From an uncultured Gammaproteobacteria bacterium (GTDB taxonomy: Bacteria > Patescibacteriota > Microgenomatia > UBA12405), in the NCBI GenBank assembly GCA_964544275.1, contig CAZIZX010000005.1:4720-68719 (forward strand): a stretch of 64,000 nt of DNA, given 5' to 3'. Below the pieces are notes generated by a model, which saw only the letters and a program-made list of their open reading frames with translations, had not been told where the DNA came from and made no database searches. Position numbers and translations under genes: made by a program. Shown here one piece after another: positions 1-8,682 of this stretch (position 1 is its first letter; every line of letters starts with the position of its first letter).

Positions 1-1218
1 ATTAGCGATTTGGGTTCCAGGGAATTTGTGTGCGGCGATTCGGCGAATGGTTTGGTGACATTTACCTACAGCGGAAACCCAATTACTTATGGTTCGATTT
101 TAAGAGAAGACCGGTGCTGGCTAGATAGAAATTTGGGGGCTTCCCGAGTAGCCACCGGGGTTGGGGATAGTCTAGCATATGGCGACTATTTCCAATGGGG
201 GCGGGGTGGTGATGGGCACCAATCAAAAGATAGTGGCACAACTGCCACTGTTTCTGCCGCCGAAAATCCTGGACACAACAAATTCATAACTCCGGCTTCG
301 GCTCCATATAACTGGCATGCTTCAGTAAATAACGACTTTTGGCAGGGGGTCGGTGGAACAAACAATCCCTGTCCGACTGGCTGGCGACTGCCCACAGAGA
401 GTGAGTGGGAGACTGAATTCGAAAGTTGGGAATATGGTTATGGTCCACAAGAAGCTTTCTCTGTTCTCAAGTTGACGCTTAACGGGCGTCGGCGTTACTT
501 TAATGGTTCTTTTGAAGACATAAATCAGTATGGTTTTTATTGGAGCTCAGGAGTAGAGGTCACAATGGGCAGAAACTTACTTGTTCAAGTTCTTCCAAAT
601 GTAATCAATGGCTTCCGTGCCGATGGTCTGGCTGTCCGTTGTATAAAAGATCTACCACCAAACAATCCGCCCAACGCACCTTCTAACTTTGGACCTAGTC
701 ATTCTATTGATGGCTCCTGGACTACCAATGGACAGCCGACACTTACTTTTAACATCAGCGACCCAGACAGCTCTGATCAGGTGCGATACCAGATCCAGAT
801 TGCTTCCAGCGAAGATTTCGAGGTTGATTACACTTCCGGTCTTTTGGACCAAGGAGAAACTTCTTTTACTGTCGGTCAAGAACCTGGAAGCGAAGGAAGT
901 TATGCCCCGGGAAAGGGAGATACGGGCCAGAGTTTGTCAGATGGAGTTTATCACTGGCGGGTGAAAGTAATTGACCAGTATAACGCTGAGTCCGAGTGGG
1001 TATTGGCGCGCGAAGAAGATAGGGCTTTTGGGATATACTCTGTTCCCGACTGGACCGAATGTGGTGATCCGGTAACTTTTATCTACAACGACGAACCTGT
1101 AACCTATGGTTCGGTTAATGGCGCTGATGGGAGGTGCTGGTTGGATAGAAATCTGGGGGCTTCCCGAGTAGCCACCGGGGTTGGGGATAGTCTAGCATAT
1201 GGTGGTCTTTTTCAGTGA
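1..1218 (+). CDS. Large surface protein, N-terminal segment (5' end cut by window edge); FISUMP (Fibrobacter succinogenes major paralogous, TIGR02145-type) domain; ends at in-frame TGA
   Basis: Frame 1 is open from nt 1. Motifs CWLDRNLGASRV...YGDYFQWG and GGTNNPCPTGWRLPTESEWE are typical of the FISUMP domain. A second partial copy of the motif sits at the C-terminus. Confidence 0.6.
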   Translation: MSDLGSREFVCGDSANGLVTFTYSGNPITYGSILREDRCWLDRNLGASRVATGVGDSLAYGDYFQWGRGGDGHQSKDSGTTATVSAAENPGHNKFITPASAPYNWHASVNNDFWQGVGGTNNPCPTGWRLPTESEWETEFESWEYGYGPQEAFSVLKLTLNGRRRYFNGSFEDINQYGFYWSSGVEVTMGRNLLVQVLPNVINGFRADGLAVRCIKDLPPNNPPNAPSNFGPSHSIDGSWTTNGQPTLTFNISDPDSSDQVRYQIQIASSEDFEVDYTSGLLDQGETSFTVGQEPGSEGSYAPGKGDTGQSLSDGVYHWRVKVIDQYNAESEWVLAREEDRAFGIYSVPDWTECGDPVTFIYNDEPVTYGSVNGADGRCWLDRNLGASRVATGVGDSLAYGGLFQ

Positions 1219-1368
1219 GGAAGAGCTGCCGATGGGCACCAGAAAAGAAACAGTGATTCATGGTATGGGCTGGCAGATTCGGATATTCCGGGACATGGCA
1301 ATTTCATTCTTAACAGTAATTTTCCTTTCGACTGGAGCGATCCCCAAAACCCTAACCGTTGACAGGGG

Positions 1369-3228
1369 GTGGGCGGACTCAATAATCCCTGTCCTTTGGA
1401 ATGGAGAATCCCAACCCTTGGAGAGTGGGAGAGAGAAAGAGACAGTTGGGAGCCTAAAAACGCGACAGGGGCTTATGCCGGTATTAAGCTGACCGTCAGT
1501 GGCCGTCGCGACAGCTTTAACGGCGAGATTGAAAATCTTGACCGAGGCTATTACTGGTCAAGCACGCCGGGGACAGATTCGTATTTAAGTAGACTTGTCC
1601 TTTTCACTACTACCGGCGTTGGTTCTGGTTCTTCCACCCGGTCGACGGGACACTCAGTCCGCTGTATTAAACCCGCTCCTGGTTACAGACTGAACAATCT
1701 TCTCAATAATGTGTCTGCCGTATTAACTGGCAATAATCAGGATGTTTCAGACAAAGACATTAATTATCAAAATGGCAGCCAGTCGGTAACATTAAAATTC
1801 AATGGCGCTAATCTGGCTCAGGTAACGGTAAACTTTTCTCAAGATCACAATTGGGAAAATTTTGTCGGGGAGAGTAGCACTGACGTCCGTAAATCTTTTA
1901 TTAACCTCTCCGGCTTAGGAGGTCTTTCTTCCGAAAACACCCACACCCTTTTTGTTCCCGGCACTTCATCTGCCAATAAAGTCAGGATTTGTCCTGAAGC
2001 GGTTGCTCTAAACGAGGTAACAACAACATGTCCCAACGGTTACGAGCTGACGGATAACGAAAGTAACGGAGGAGTTTTGGCCGAGTTTGTAGATAACTTT
2101 TGGGTGGTTTCTGGTCTGACTGGAACCGGAGGGATGGAGATTGCTCCACCAGAACCAATCCCCTCTCAAATGATATCTCCTACTTCAAGTTCGATAAATT
2201 CTTCTGACAATTTAGGCCAAGCCGGAGACTCAAGCCAAAGTAACGCTGTTCCGGTTTGTAATGATGTTTCGCCTGGAGTTAAAGCCCCTTGGCTGTATGG
2301 AGCTCTGGCTCAGGACAATACCGATATCTTGTTGCACTTTACTCCGGCCGATATCCCGGTTGATAAATATGTCCTGGAATATGGTACTGCTTCAGGTAGT
2401 TACCAATATGGCGCTTTGGACCTGGGAGTCAATAGCCGAGAACAAATGACCTATTTGGTTTCTGCCCTGTCCCCCAATACTACTTATTACTTTAGGGTCA
2501 GAGCTGGTAATGGTTGTGCTACAGGAGAGTGGAGTAATGAAATTTCGGCCAAAACTAAAGGGTTTATTTCTTTCAACCAATTGAATATTACCCGTACAGA
2601 ACTTAATTCAATTGAGGAAGAAACACCAACGAATATCTGCCAGACTTACACAGTTAAACTGGGTGATTCTTTTTGGTCGATTGCCCAAAATGTACTGGGT
2701 GATGGCCACAAATTTATAGACCTGATTGAGCAAAACCAGGATAGATATCCGGCGTTAATTAAGTCAACCAATTTGGAAAGCGGTTGGGAGCTAGAGATAA
2801 GTTGTCAGACCCAAACCTCTTCATTTGAACCTAACCAAGAGATTCGAACTGACAGGGAGAGTCAAATAGGTCAAACATATGATTTGACTGTCAAGGTGGT
2901 TGACAAAGAGGATAAGCCTGTCAAAGGGGCCAGGGTTACCATCCATTCTCGAGTTCAGGAAGCAGTAACTGATGAAGACGGTCTGGTCAGATTTAAGGAG
3001 GTGGAAAAAGGAGATCATAAAGTCTTTATTGTTTATCAAAACTATCAAGGTGAAGAGTCGATCAATCTGACCGGTGACAATCAAGAATTCTCCCTTAAAG
3101 TGACGGTGGAGCTCAAACCAGCGCTTATCTCTTCCCAGGCTTGGATTATTATTTTTATCTTACTGACTGCCTTAATTATCTTGGGATTTTTATTAATACG
3201 GTCAAGACGAGTTGAAAAATATTCCTGA
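1369..3228 (+). CDS. Same surface protein, C-terminal segment: second FISUMP-like motif, Fn3-like, LysM-like, carboxypeptidase-regulatory-like beta-sandwich, C-terminal TM anchor
   Basis: Same frame as 1..1218, separated only by TGA at 1216-1218 and 1360-1362. Domain motifs: GGLNNPCPLEWRIPTLGEWE, YYFRVRAGNGCATGEWSNEISAKT (Fn3-like), YTVKLGDSFWSIAQNVLGDGHKFIDLI (LysM-like), YDLTVKVVDKEDKPVKGARVTIH (CarboxypepD_reg-like). Terminal hydrophobic stretch AWIIIFILLTALIILGFLLIRSRR. Confidence 0.55.
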   Translation: MGGLNNPCPLEWRIPTLGEWERERDSWEPKNATGAYAGIKLTVSGRRDSFNGEIENLDRGYYWSSTPGTDSYLSRLVLFTTTGVGSGSSTRSTGHSVRCIKPAPGYRLNNLLNNVSAVLTGNNQDVSDKDINYQNGSQSVTLKFNGANLAQVTVNFSQDHNWENFVGESSTDVRKSFINLSGLGGLSSENTHTLFVPGTSSANKVRICPEAVALNEVTTTCPNGYELTDNESNGGVLAEFVDNFWVVSGLTGTGGMEIAPPEPIPSQMISPTSSSINSSDNLGQAGDSSQSNAVPVCNDVSPGVKAPWLYGALAQDNTDILLHFTPADIPVDKYVLEYGTASGSYQYGALDLGVNSREQMTYLVSALSPNTTYYFRVRAGNGCATGEWSNEISAKTKGFISFNQLNITRTELNSIEEETPTNICQTYTVKLGDSFWSIAQNVLGDGHKFIDLIEQNQDRYPALIKSTNLESGWELEISCQTQTSSFEPNQEIRTDRESQIGQTYDLTVKVVDKEDKPVKGARVTIHSRVQEAVTDEDGLVRFKEVEKGDHKVFIVYQNYQGEESINLTGDNQEFSLKVTVELKPALISSQAWIIIFILLTALIILGFLLIRSRRVEKYS

Positions 3229-3363
3229 CCTTTATTGTTTTTTTCAACGTTCTTGATAATTTAATAAATTTTCGACATATAATTATTAGGAAGGTTCCAG
3301 ATTTACTGGCTTAGCTATATTATTAAGAATTTTAAAATGGCGACGGCAAGGATATAATTTTTT

Positions 3364-4509
3364 ATGGATTATTCACAAACAGCACTTGAAAAGCACAAGC
3401 AACATAAAGGTAAAATTGCTATTCAAAGTAAATTTGGAGAGCTGAAGACTAAAGACGATTTGAGTGTGGCTTATACTCCGGGAGTGGCAGCAGTTTCAGC
3501 GCTTTTAGCAAAGCAGCCTGAATTAGCTTCAGAATATTCAATAAAGGCCAATACTGTAGCGGTGGTGTCGGATGGATCGGCGGTTTTGGGCTTAGGAAAT
3601 ATCGGGCCATACGGAGCTTTGCCAGTAATGGAAGGAAAAGCGTTACTTTTTAAAGAATTTGCTAACGTGGACGCATTTCCGATTGTCTTGGAGACCCAAG
3701 ATCCAGATGAAATAATAAATATCGTTAAAAATATTGCTCCGGGATTTGGAGGAATAAATTTGGAAGATTTTTCAGCACCAAATTGTTTTTATATTGAAAA
3801 TAAGTTAAAAGAAATTTTAAGTATCCCAGTGTTCCATGACGATCAGCATGGAACTGCTATCGTAGTATTGGCGGCATTAATTAATGCCATAAAGTTGGCA
3901 AACAAGAATGTAAAAGAAGCAAACGTAGTGGTTTGTGGAGCCGGAGCAGCAGGAACAGCAGTGGCAAAACTGATTAGTGCTTATGGTTTTGGGTCAATTT
4001 TGGTAGTTGATTCGAAGGGAATAATCAGTAGGGACAGAACAGATTTGAGCAAGGAGAAGGAAGAATTTTTAGAATTTACCAACAAAGAAAATTTAAGTGG
4101 AGATTTGGCAACAGCGATAGCTGGACGAGACGTCTTTGTCGGAGTAAGTGGGCCGAACTTAGTAACAGAAGGAATGGTTAAATCAATGGCGGAAAAAGCA
4201 ATTATTTTTGCTATGGCCAATCCAATACCAGAAATTGATCCGAACTTAGCAAAAACGGCTGGAGCTTTTATCGTGGGTACAGGTAGAAGCGATTATCCAA
4301 ACCAAATTAACAATGTTTCAGCTTTTCCCGGAGTATTTAGAGGAGCTTTGGATAATAAGGTTGGTAAAATAACAGACAATATGAAATTGGCAGCGGCCAG
4401 GGCTTTAGCTGAATATGTTAAAGATAATGAATTAACGGTGGAAAATATCTTGCCGAGCCCTTTGAATCGAGGGGTGGTAAATATAATTGCGAAAGCGATT
4501 ACAGAATAA
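3364..4509 (+). CDS. NAD(P)-dependent malic enzyme, short form
   Basis: 381 aa. The N-terminus (GKIAIQSKF...LSVAYTPGVA) and the Rossmann motif VVCGAGAAGTAVAKL match malic enzyme. No phosphotransacetylase domain. Confidence 0.88.
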   Translation: MDYSQTALEKHKQHKGKIAIQSKFGELKTKDDLSVAYTPGVAAVSALLAKQPELASEYSIKANTVAVVSDGSAVLGLGNIGPYGALPVMEGKALLFKEFANVDAFPIVLETQDPDEIINIVKNIAPGFGGINLEDFSAPNCFYIENKLKEILSIPVFHDDQHGTAIVVLAALINAIKLANKNVKEANVVVCGAGAAGTAVAKLISAYGFGSILVVDSKGIISRDRTDLSKEKEEFLEFTNKENLSGDLATAIAGRDVFVGVSGPNLVTEGMVKSMAEKAIIFAMANPIPEIDPNLAKTAGAFIVGTGRSDYPNQINNVSAFPGVFRGALDNKVGKITDNMKLAAARALAEYVKDNELTVENILPSPLNRGVVNIIAKAITE

Positions 4510-4547
4510 TAAACTTCTTAAAAAATTGCCATGATAGACTAAGTGAA

Positions 4548-5387
4548 ATGTCGAACGTAAGTAGATTATATGATGATTATGGTGAATATAACATCTGGTT
4601 TAATCAACTGAACACGCCATCGCCATCGATAGAATATGCCTGGAGGAGAACGAAATTGCTACTGGAAACGGAAGCCGGTAAAGAAATCAACCGGTTATTA
4701 GCCAGAAAAAAAGAGGTAAGAGTGCTGGATATCGGTTGCGGTAATGGAGCAGTTTTGATCAGACTGGCGCTGAAATTTAAGAAAAATAAAAAGGTAAAAT
4801 TTAAGGGTGTGGATTTGTCGAAAGCATTTGTAGATTACGGTAATATAGCGGCCAAATATAAAGGGCTAGCGGGGACAGTCTCTTTTGAACAGCTGGATAT
4901 AGAAAAAAGTGACTTGAAAGGAAAGTACGACGTAATTTTGAGCTCCGAAGTGCTGGAGCATTTACAGGAAGCAGAGAAGTTTTTGATGAAAGTGGTTAAT
5001 AGTTTGAAAAAAGGCGGAGTATTATTATTGTCCACTCCAAACAGTAATAATTGGGCTAAATATCCGTTAGGATGGATCAAAGGTCTGGTAATAAAAATTA
5101 ATAATAAAGACTGGGAAAAGCAATTGATCAAGAAGGAAGAGAAGTACAAATTATCAGAACAAGAACAACATATTAAGGTTTTTGGACTGGGGGAACTTAA
5201 AAATTTATTGGAGAAAGCCGGATTAAAAGTATACGCTTCTCCTAGAAGTACCAGTTTTTTTGGCGGCAAATTCTTGGATGACGCCCCCTTATTATTGGGC
5301 TTGTCAATGATCGCAGATTCAGTCTTAAATTTATTGCCAATTAATCAGGTGGGTTGGGACTTGATAGTTTTTAGCAGAAAAAGATGA
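4548..5387 (+). CDS. Class I SAM-dependent methyltransferase
   Basis: Motif I VLDIGCGNGAVL and acidic motif II; 279 aa. Confidence 0.7.
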   Translation: MSNVSRLYDDYGEYNIWFNQLNTPSPSIEYAWRRTKLLLETEAGKEINRLLARKKEVRVLDIGCGNGAVLIRLALKFKKNKKVKFKGVDLSKAFVDYGNIAAKYKGLAGTVSFEQLDIEKSDLKGKYDVILSSEVLEHLQEAEKFLMKVVNSLKKGGVLLLSTPNSNNWAKYPLGWIKGLVIKINNKDWEKQLIKKEEKYKLSEQEQHIKVFGLGELKNLLEKAGLKVYASPRSTSFFGGKFLDDAPLLLGLSMIADSVLNLLPINQVGWDLIVFSRKR

Positions 5388-5474
5388 GACGGCAGATGGA
5401 TCTAAAGCATATTTTTCACATGAAAATATACCAATTACTTGATCCTGAGGAAAAAATTAATTTATAATATAGGC

Positions 5475-5906
5475 ATGAAAATGTTGGTCATATATGATTC
5501 GAATTACGGTAATACGAAATTATTAGCGGAAATTATGGCCAAAGAACTGGGTAAGAAGACTAGGGTAGTAAAAGTAGATGAAATGAATAGCAAAGACCTT
5601 GAAGAGCTGGATTTATTGGTGGTGGGGAGTCCAATTATTGGGTGGAGACCAACAGAGAAAATGGGTGGATTTTTGACGGACCTGAAAAGCGGTCAGTTAA
5701 GAGGGGTGAAAGCGGCGGCTTTTGATACCAGAGTTAAGGTGTGGTTTTCGGGGAATGCGGCCAAAAAAATTGCAGCACAATTGGAAAAGGCGGGGGCTAA
5801 ATTAATATCTGATCCGGAAGCATTTTATGTAGCTGGAAGAGAAGGGCCATTGGTGGATGGTGAAGAAAAGAGAGCTTTGGAATGGATAAAAGGAATTAGG
5901 AGATAA
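5475..5906 (+). CDS. Flavodoxin-like protein
   Basis: MKMLVIYDSNYGNTKLLAEIMAKELG is a flavodoxin-type FMN-binding N-terminus. Start chosen at the internal ATG at 5475. Confidence 0.6.
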   Translation: MKMLVIYDSNYGNTKLLAEIMAKELGKKTRVVKVDEMNSKDLEELDLLVVGSPIIGWRPTEKMGGFLTDLKSGQLRGVKAAAFDTRVKVWFSGNAAKKIAAQLEKAGAKLISDPEAFYVAGREGPLVDGEEKRALEWIKGIRR

Positions 5907-5909
5907 AAA

Positions 5910-7313
5910 TTAAAGCGGTTCAAAATAAAGAAACCACTGGTTTTGGTGTTTGTTTAGTATGATGTTGATTAATTGTCCGTTAATATTGATTAAGCTTTGG
6001 GATTGAGTGGCGAACGGCGAATAAGGCGGTGGTTCGAGAACCAGCAATTGGTTTGGGTGGCTTGGATTAATCAGCGGCGCAATTTGATCATAGCCGCCAA
6101 TCGTCATGACTTCAATTTCCTGAATCTGTCCGCGGCTGACATATTCCGACAAGGTTTTGAGGGTGCTGCCTGGATCCGGCCAGTAAGTTGACAGGGAAAG
6201 GGGTAGATAACTGATAAGAATGAGCCAAAGAAATATGGGTTTGCTTTTGAATAAGGTGACGGTGAAAATTACGAAAAGAGGAATGATCGGAATAAAGTAC
6301 CTTGGCCAAAAATCAACCAGAGAACAGGTAATAATATATACTAAAAATACACCTAAAAGGAACAGGAATGATTTGTTTTGTTTTTGACGGTTGAAGATAT
6401 TTTTGACGATTACCAAGGCAGATAATAACCCAGTGGGAAGAAGGAGCGACCACTCTTTAAAGGGAAAGATGCCGTTGTTGTAATGAGTGGTGGAACGAAG
6501 GAGTATTGATTGGATTAAATTAAAAGGAAAATTGGTGCCTTTTTGATTTACCTGAAAGTCAATTACTTTTTGGTGGAGGCGGAGCCAAGGTATGGGGTTG
6601 GGATGCTTTAGAAAATAACAAAAGTAAGCAGACAAGTAGCCTAAGAAAAAGAAACCGGAATATAAAAGTACTTGTTTAATGTTTTTGGTGGTGACGATTA
6701 ACCAGAAAGTAATAAAGAACAACAGGACTAGACTGAAAAGCGGGGGCTTTGTTCCAGCCATTAACCCGAGGAAAAAACCTGATAGCATTAAAACCCGACG
6801 ATCCGATGATTGAAGATAATTGACGAAAAATAAAACTGATATGAGAAAAAATAGAGCCAGGGGCAGGTCGAGCATGGTCTGTTGGAGCTGAAAAATTACC
6901 AGGGGGTTAAGTATAAGTAGTAATAAGGAAATCAATATGAGAGAAGAATTTTTGAAGAGCTGTTTTGAGAGTAAATAAAAAACTAAAATGAATGATAAAT
7001 AAAAGAGCAATGAGGCAAAATATGGATTACCAAAATGAGCGGCAAAAAAACCGTAAATATATTTGCCTAAAGGTGGTACCCAGTAATCAATATTGAACGG
7101 GTTTTCACCATTAACCAAACGAAAACCAACATAACGGTAAACTCCTTCGTCAGATATTATCCGAGGACTGTTGGGGATATTCCACTGGGAGGTGTAATAA
7201 TAATTTTCCCAGTATTGAGGGTTGAATTTAAAACTAAAAATCCAGGAAGATATCCAAAACACGAACGACAGGCTTGACAATAGTAAAACAATTTGTAAAC
7301 TCTTAACTTTCAT
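5910..7313 (-). CDS. Polytopic membrane protein, GT-C (PMT/ArnT-like) glycosyltransferase fold
   Basis: 467 aa, more than 10 predicted TM helices, DE-containing first loop (ISDEGVYRY) as in GT39/GT83 enzymes. Confidence 0.45.
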   Translation of the reverse strand: MKVKSLQIVLLLSSLSFVFWISSWIFSFKFNPQYWENYYYTSQWNIPNSPRIISDEGVYRYVGFRLVNGENPFNIDYWVPPLGKYIYGFFAAHFGNPYFASLLFYLSFILVFYLLSKQLFKNSSLILISLLLLILNPLVIFQLQQTMLDLPLALFFLISVLFFVNYLQSSDRRVLMLSGFFLGLMAGTKPPLFSLVLLFFITFWLIVTTKNIKQVLLYSGFFFLGYLSAYFCYFLKHPNPIPWLRLHQKVIDFQVNQKGTNFPFNLIQSILLRSTTHYNNGIFPFKEWSLLLPTGLLSALVIVKNIFNRQKQNKSFLFLLGVFLVYIITCSLVDFWPRYFIPIIPLFVIFTVTLFKSKPIFLWLILISYLPLSLSTYWPDPGSTLKTLSEYVSRGQIQEIEVMTIGGYDQIAPLINPSHPNQLLVLEPPPYSPFATQSQSLININGQLINIILNKHQNQWFLYFEPL

Positions 7314-7524
7314 AATTACAAGAAAGAACTAGTTTATTTTAATTAGCAAGTTGATAATTCTCCAGAAGATGATGAAAATAGTGATCAATCTTACATATTT
7401 CTTATTGTTTTCTTACATAGTTATTACCTGAAATAAACATAATGAAGCAGAGCGCTTAGTAGGATGTTTGGGTCTGGGTGTTTTTTGGGGGAATTTGTGG
7501 TAATTTATAATCAAATTTAAATTA

Positions 7525-8682
7525 TTGATGTTAGAAGACGTATATAATTCATCATTAAAGTTTCTGTTCCCTTTGAATCTGAAAAGTACGTTCGAAATTG
7601 TGGGGACAGAGGCAATGAAGCTGGTAGGGGCAAAATATAGCTCGGTGTTTATGATGGTTGATGGTCAACTGAAGAGAATGTTTGCCTCCTCCCCTATTTT
7701 GTATGATATAAAAACCCGGAAAAAAGGCGTTACTTATAGGGCTTATAAAAGCGAAAGGGTGGTGCTGCTAAAGAATGAAGAGTTAAAAAAAATTCATCCA
7801 GAATTTAAAAAAATTAAAGTGGGAGAAGATGTGAGCATACCGTTAACTTACAATAAAATCACTTTGGGTGTTTTGTCAATCATATCGGAAGAAGGGAGAG
7901 CTTTTAGTAAGGATGATATTGACAAGTTAAAATTATTTTCACCCCTGGCCATGATGGCATTGAGGAAGGCGTTGTTGTACAACGAGCTCCATCGGGCATT
8001 ACGGGAGAGAGATTTGTTTATATCGATAGCATCGCACGAGCTGAAAACTCCGCTAACATCGATTTTTGCTTATAGTCAGCTGTTGGCAAAAAAAATTAGA
8101 AAAGGAGAATTGCCAAGAAACGAAGACGTGAATAAGCTTTTGGTAGAAGAAGCAAGGTTGAATAAGTTAGTTTCTGATTTTCTGGAGGTAAATAAGATTA
8201 AGACCGGAAGAATTCAATTTGAAATGGAAAAGGTTGACTTGGTGGAAGTGGCGGCGGGAGCAAAAGCAAGCTTTGAGAACGTTGATAAAAGTCATAAAGT
8301 AGTTATCGCCAGAAAGGTTAAAGAATTGTGGGTTTGGGGTGATCAATACAAGATGGTACAAGCGGTTCTTAATATCCTTAATAATGCAAGTAAATATTCG
8401 CAAAAAAACAGTTTGATTAAAATAAGTTTTGTTGAGGATGAGTCTTGTTATGGAATAAGGATTAAAGATGAAGGGGTGGGTATCTCGGAGACAGATCTAC
8501 CGTTTGTTTTTGACAGGTTTTATCGGGCTGAAAATATGAAGGAGTCAGGGATGGGAATTGGTTTGTATTTGGTAAAATATATTATCCTAAAGCATGGGGG
8601 GAAAATTGATATTAAATCGAGGGTTGGTAAAGGAACAACCGTAAGCATACTGTTACCGAAGCTAAATGAACAGAGGACCTGA
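7525..8682 (+). CDS. Cytoplasmic sensor histidine kinase (GAF-like N-terminus, HisKA, HATPase_c)
   Basis: H-box SHELKTPLTSI, N-box LNNASKYS, G-boxes DEGVGI and GMGIGLYLVKYIILKHGG. No TM segments. Confidence 0.85.
   Translation: MMLEDVYNSSLKFLFPLNLKSTFEIVGTEAMKLVGAKYSSVFMMVDGQLKRMFASSPILYDIKTRKKGVTYRAYKSERVVLLKNEELKKIHPEFKKIKVGEDVSIPLTYNKITLGVLSIISEEGRAFSKDDIDKLKLFSPLAMMALRKALLYNELHRALRERDLFISIASHELKTPLTSIFAYSQLLAKKIRKGELPRNEDVNKLLVEEARLNKLVSDFLEVNKIKTGRIQFEMEKVDLVEVAAGAKASFENVDKSHKVVIARKVKELWVWGDQYKMVQAVLNILNNASKYSQKNSLIKISFVEDESCYGIRIKDEGVGISETDLPFVFDRFYRAENMKESGMGIGLYLVKYIILKHGGKIDIKSRVGKGTTVSILLPKLNEQRT

Noticed and set aside
1216-1362. Genome-wide alternative genetic code (TGA = Trp as in code 4, or TGA = Gly as in code 25 of some CPR lineages) as explanation for the two in-frame TGAs
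   Set aside because: Highly conserved genes such as ftsH (ends ...DLQA-TGA), the histidine kinase and the SAM methyltransferase terminate at TGA with normal protein lengths. Reading through would add unconserved tails or very long fusions. TGA is therefore a genuine stop here and the two sites are local events.
3211-3247. 9-bp inverted repeat GTTGAAAAA-N19-TTTTTCAAC spanning the stop of the surface-protein gene as a terminator
   Set aside because: The stem is almost entirely A-T with a 19-nt loop, and the left arm is inside the coding sequence. Too weak to call an intrinsic terminator.
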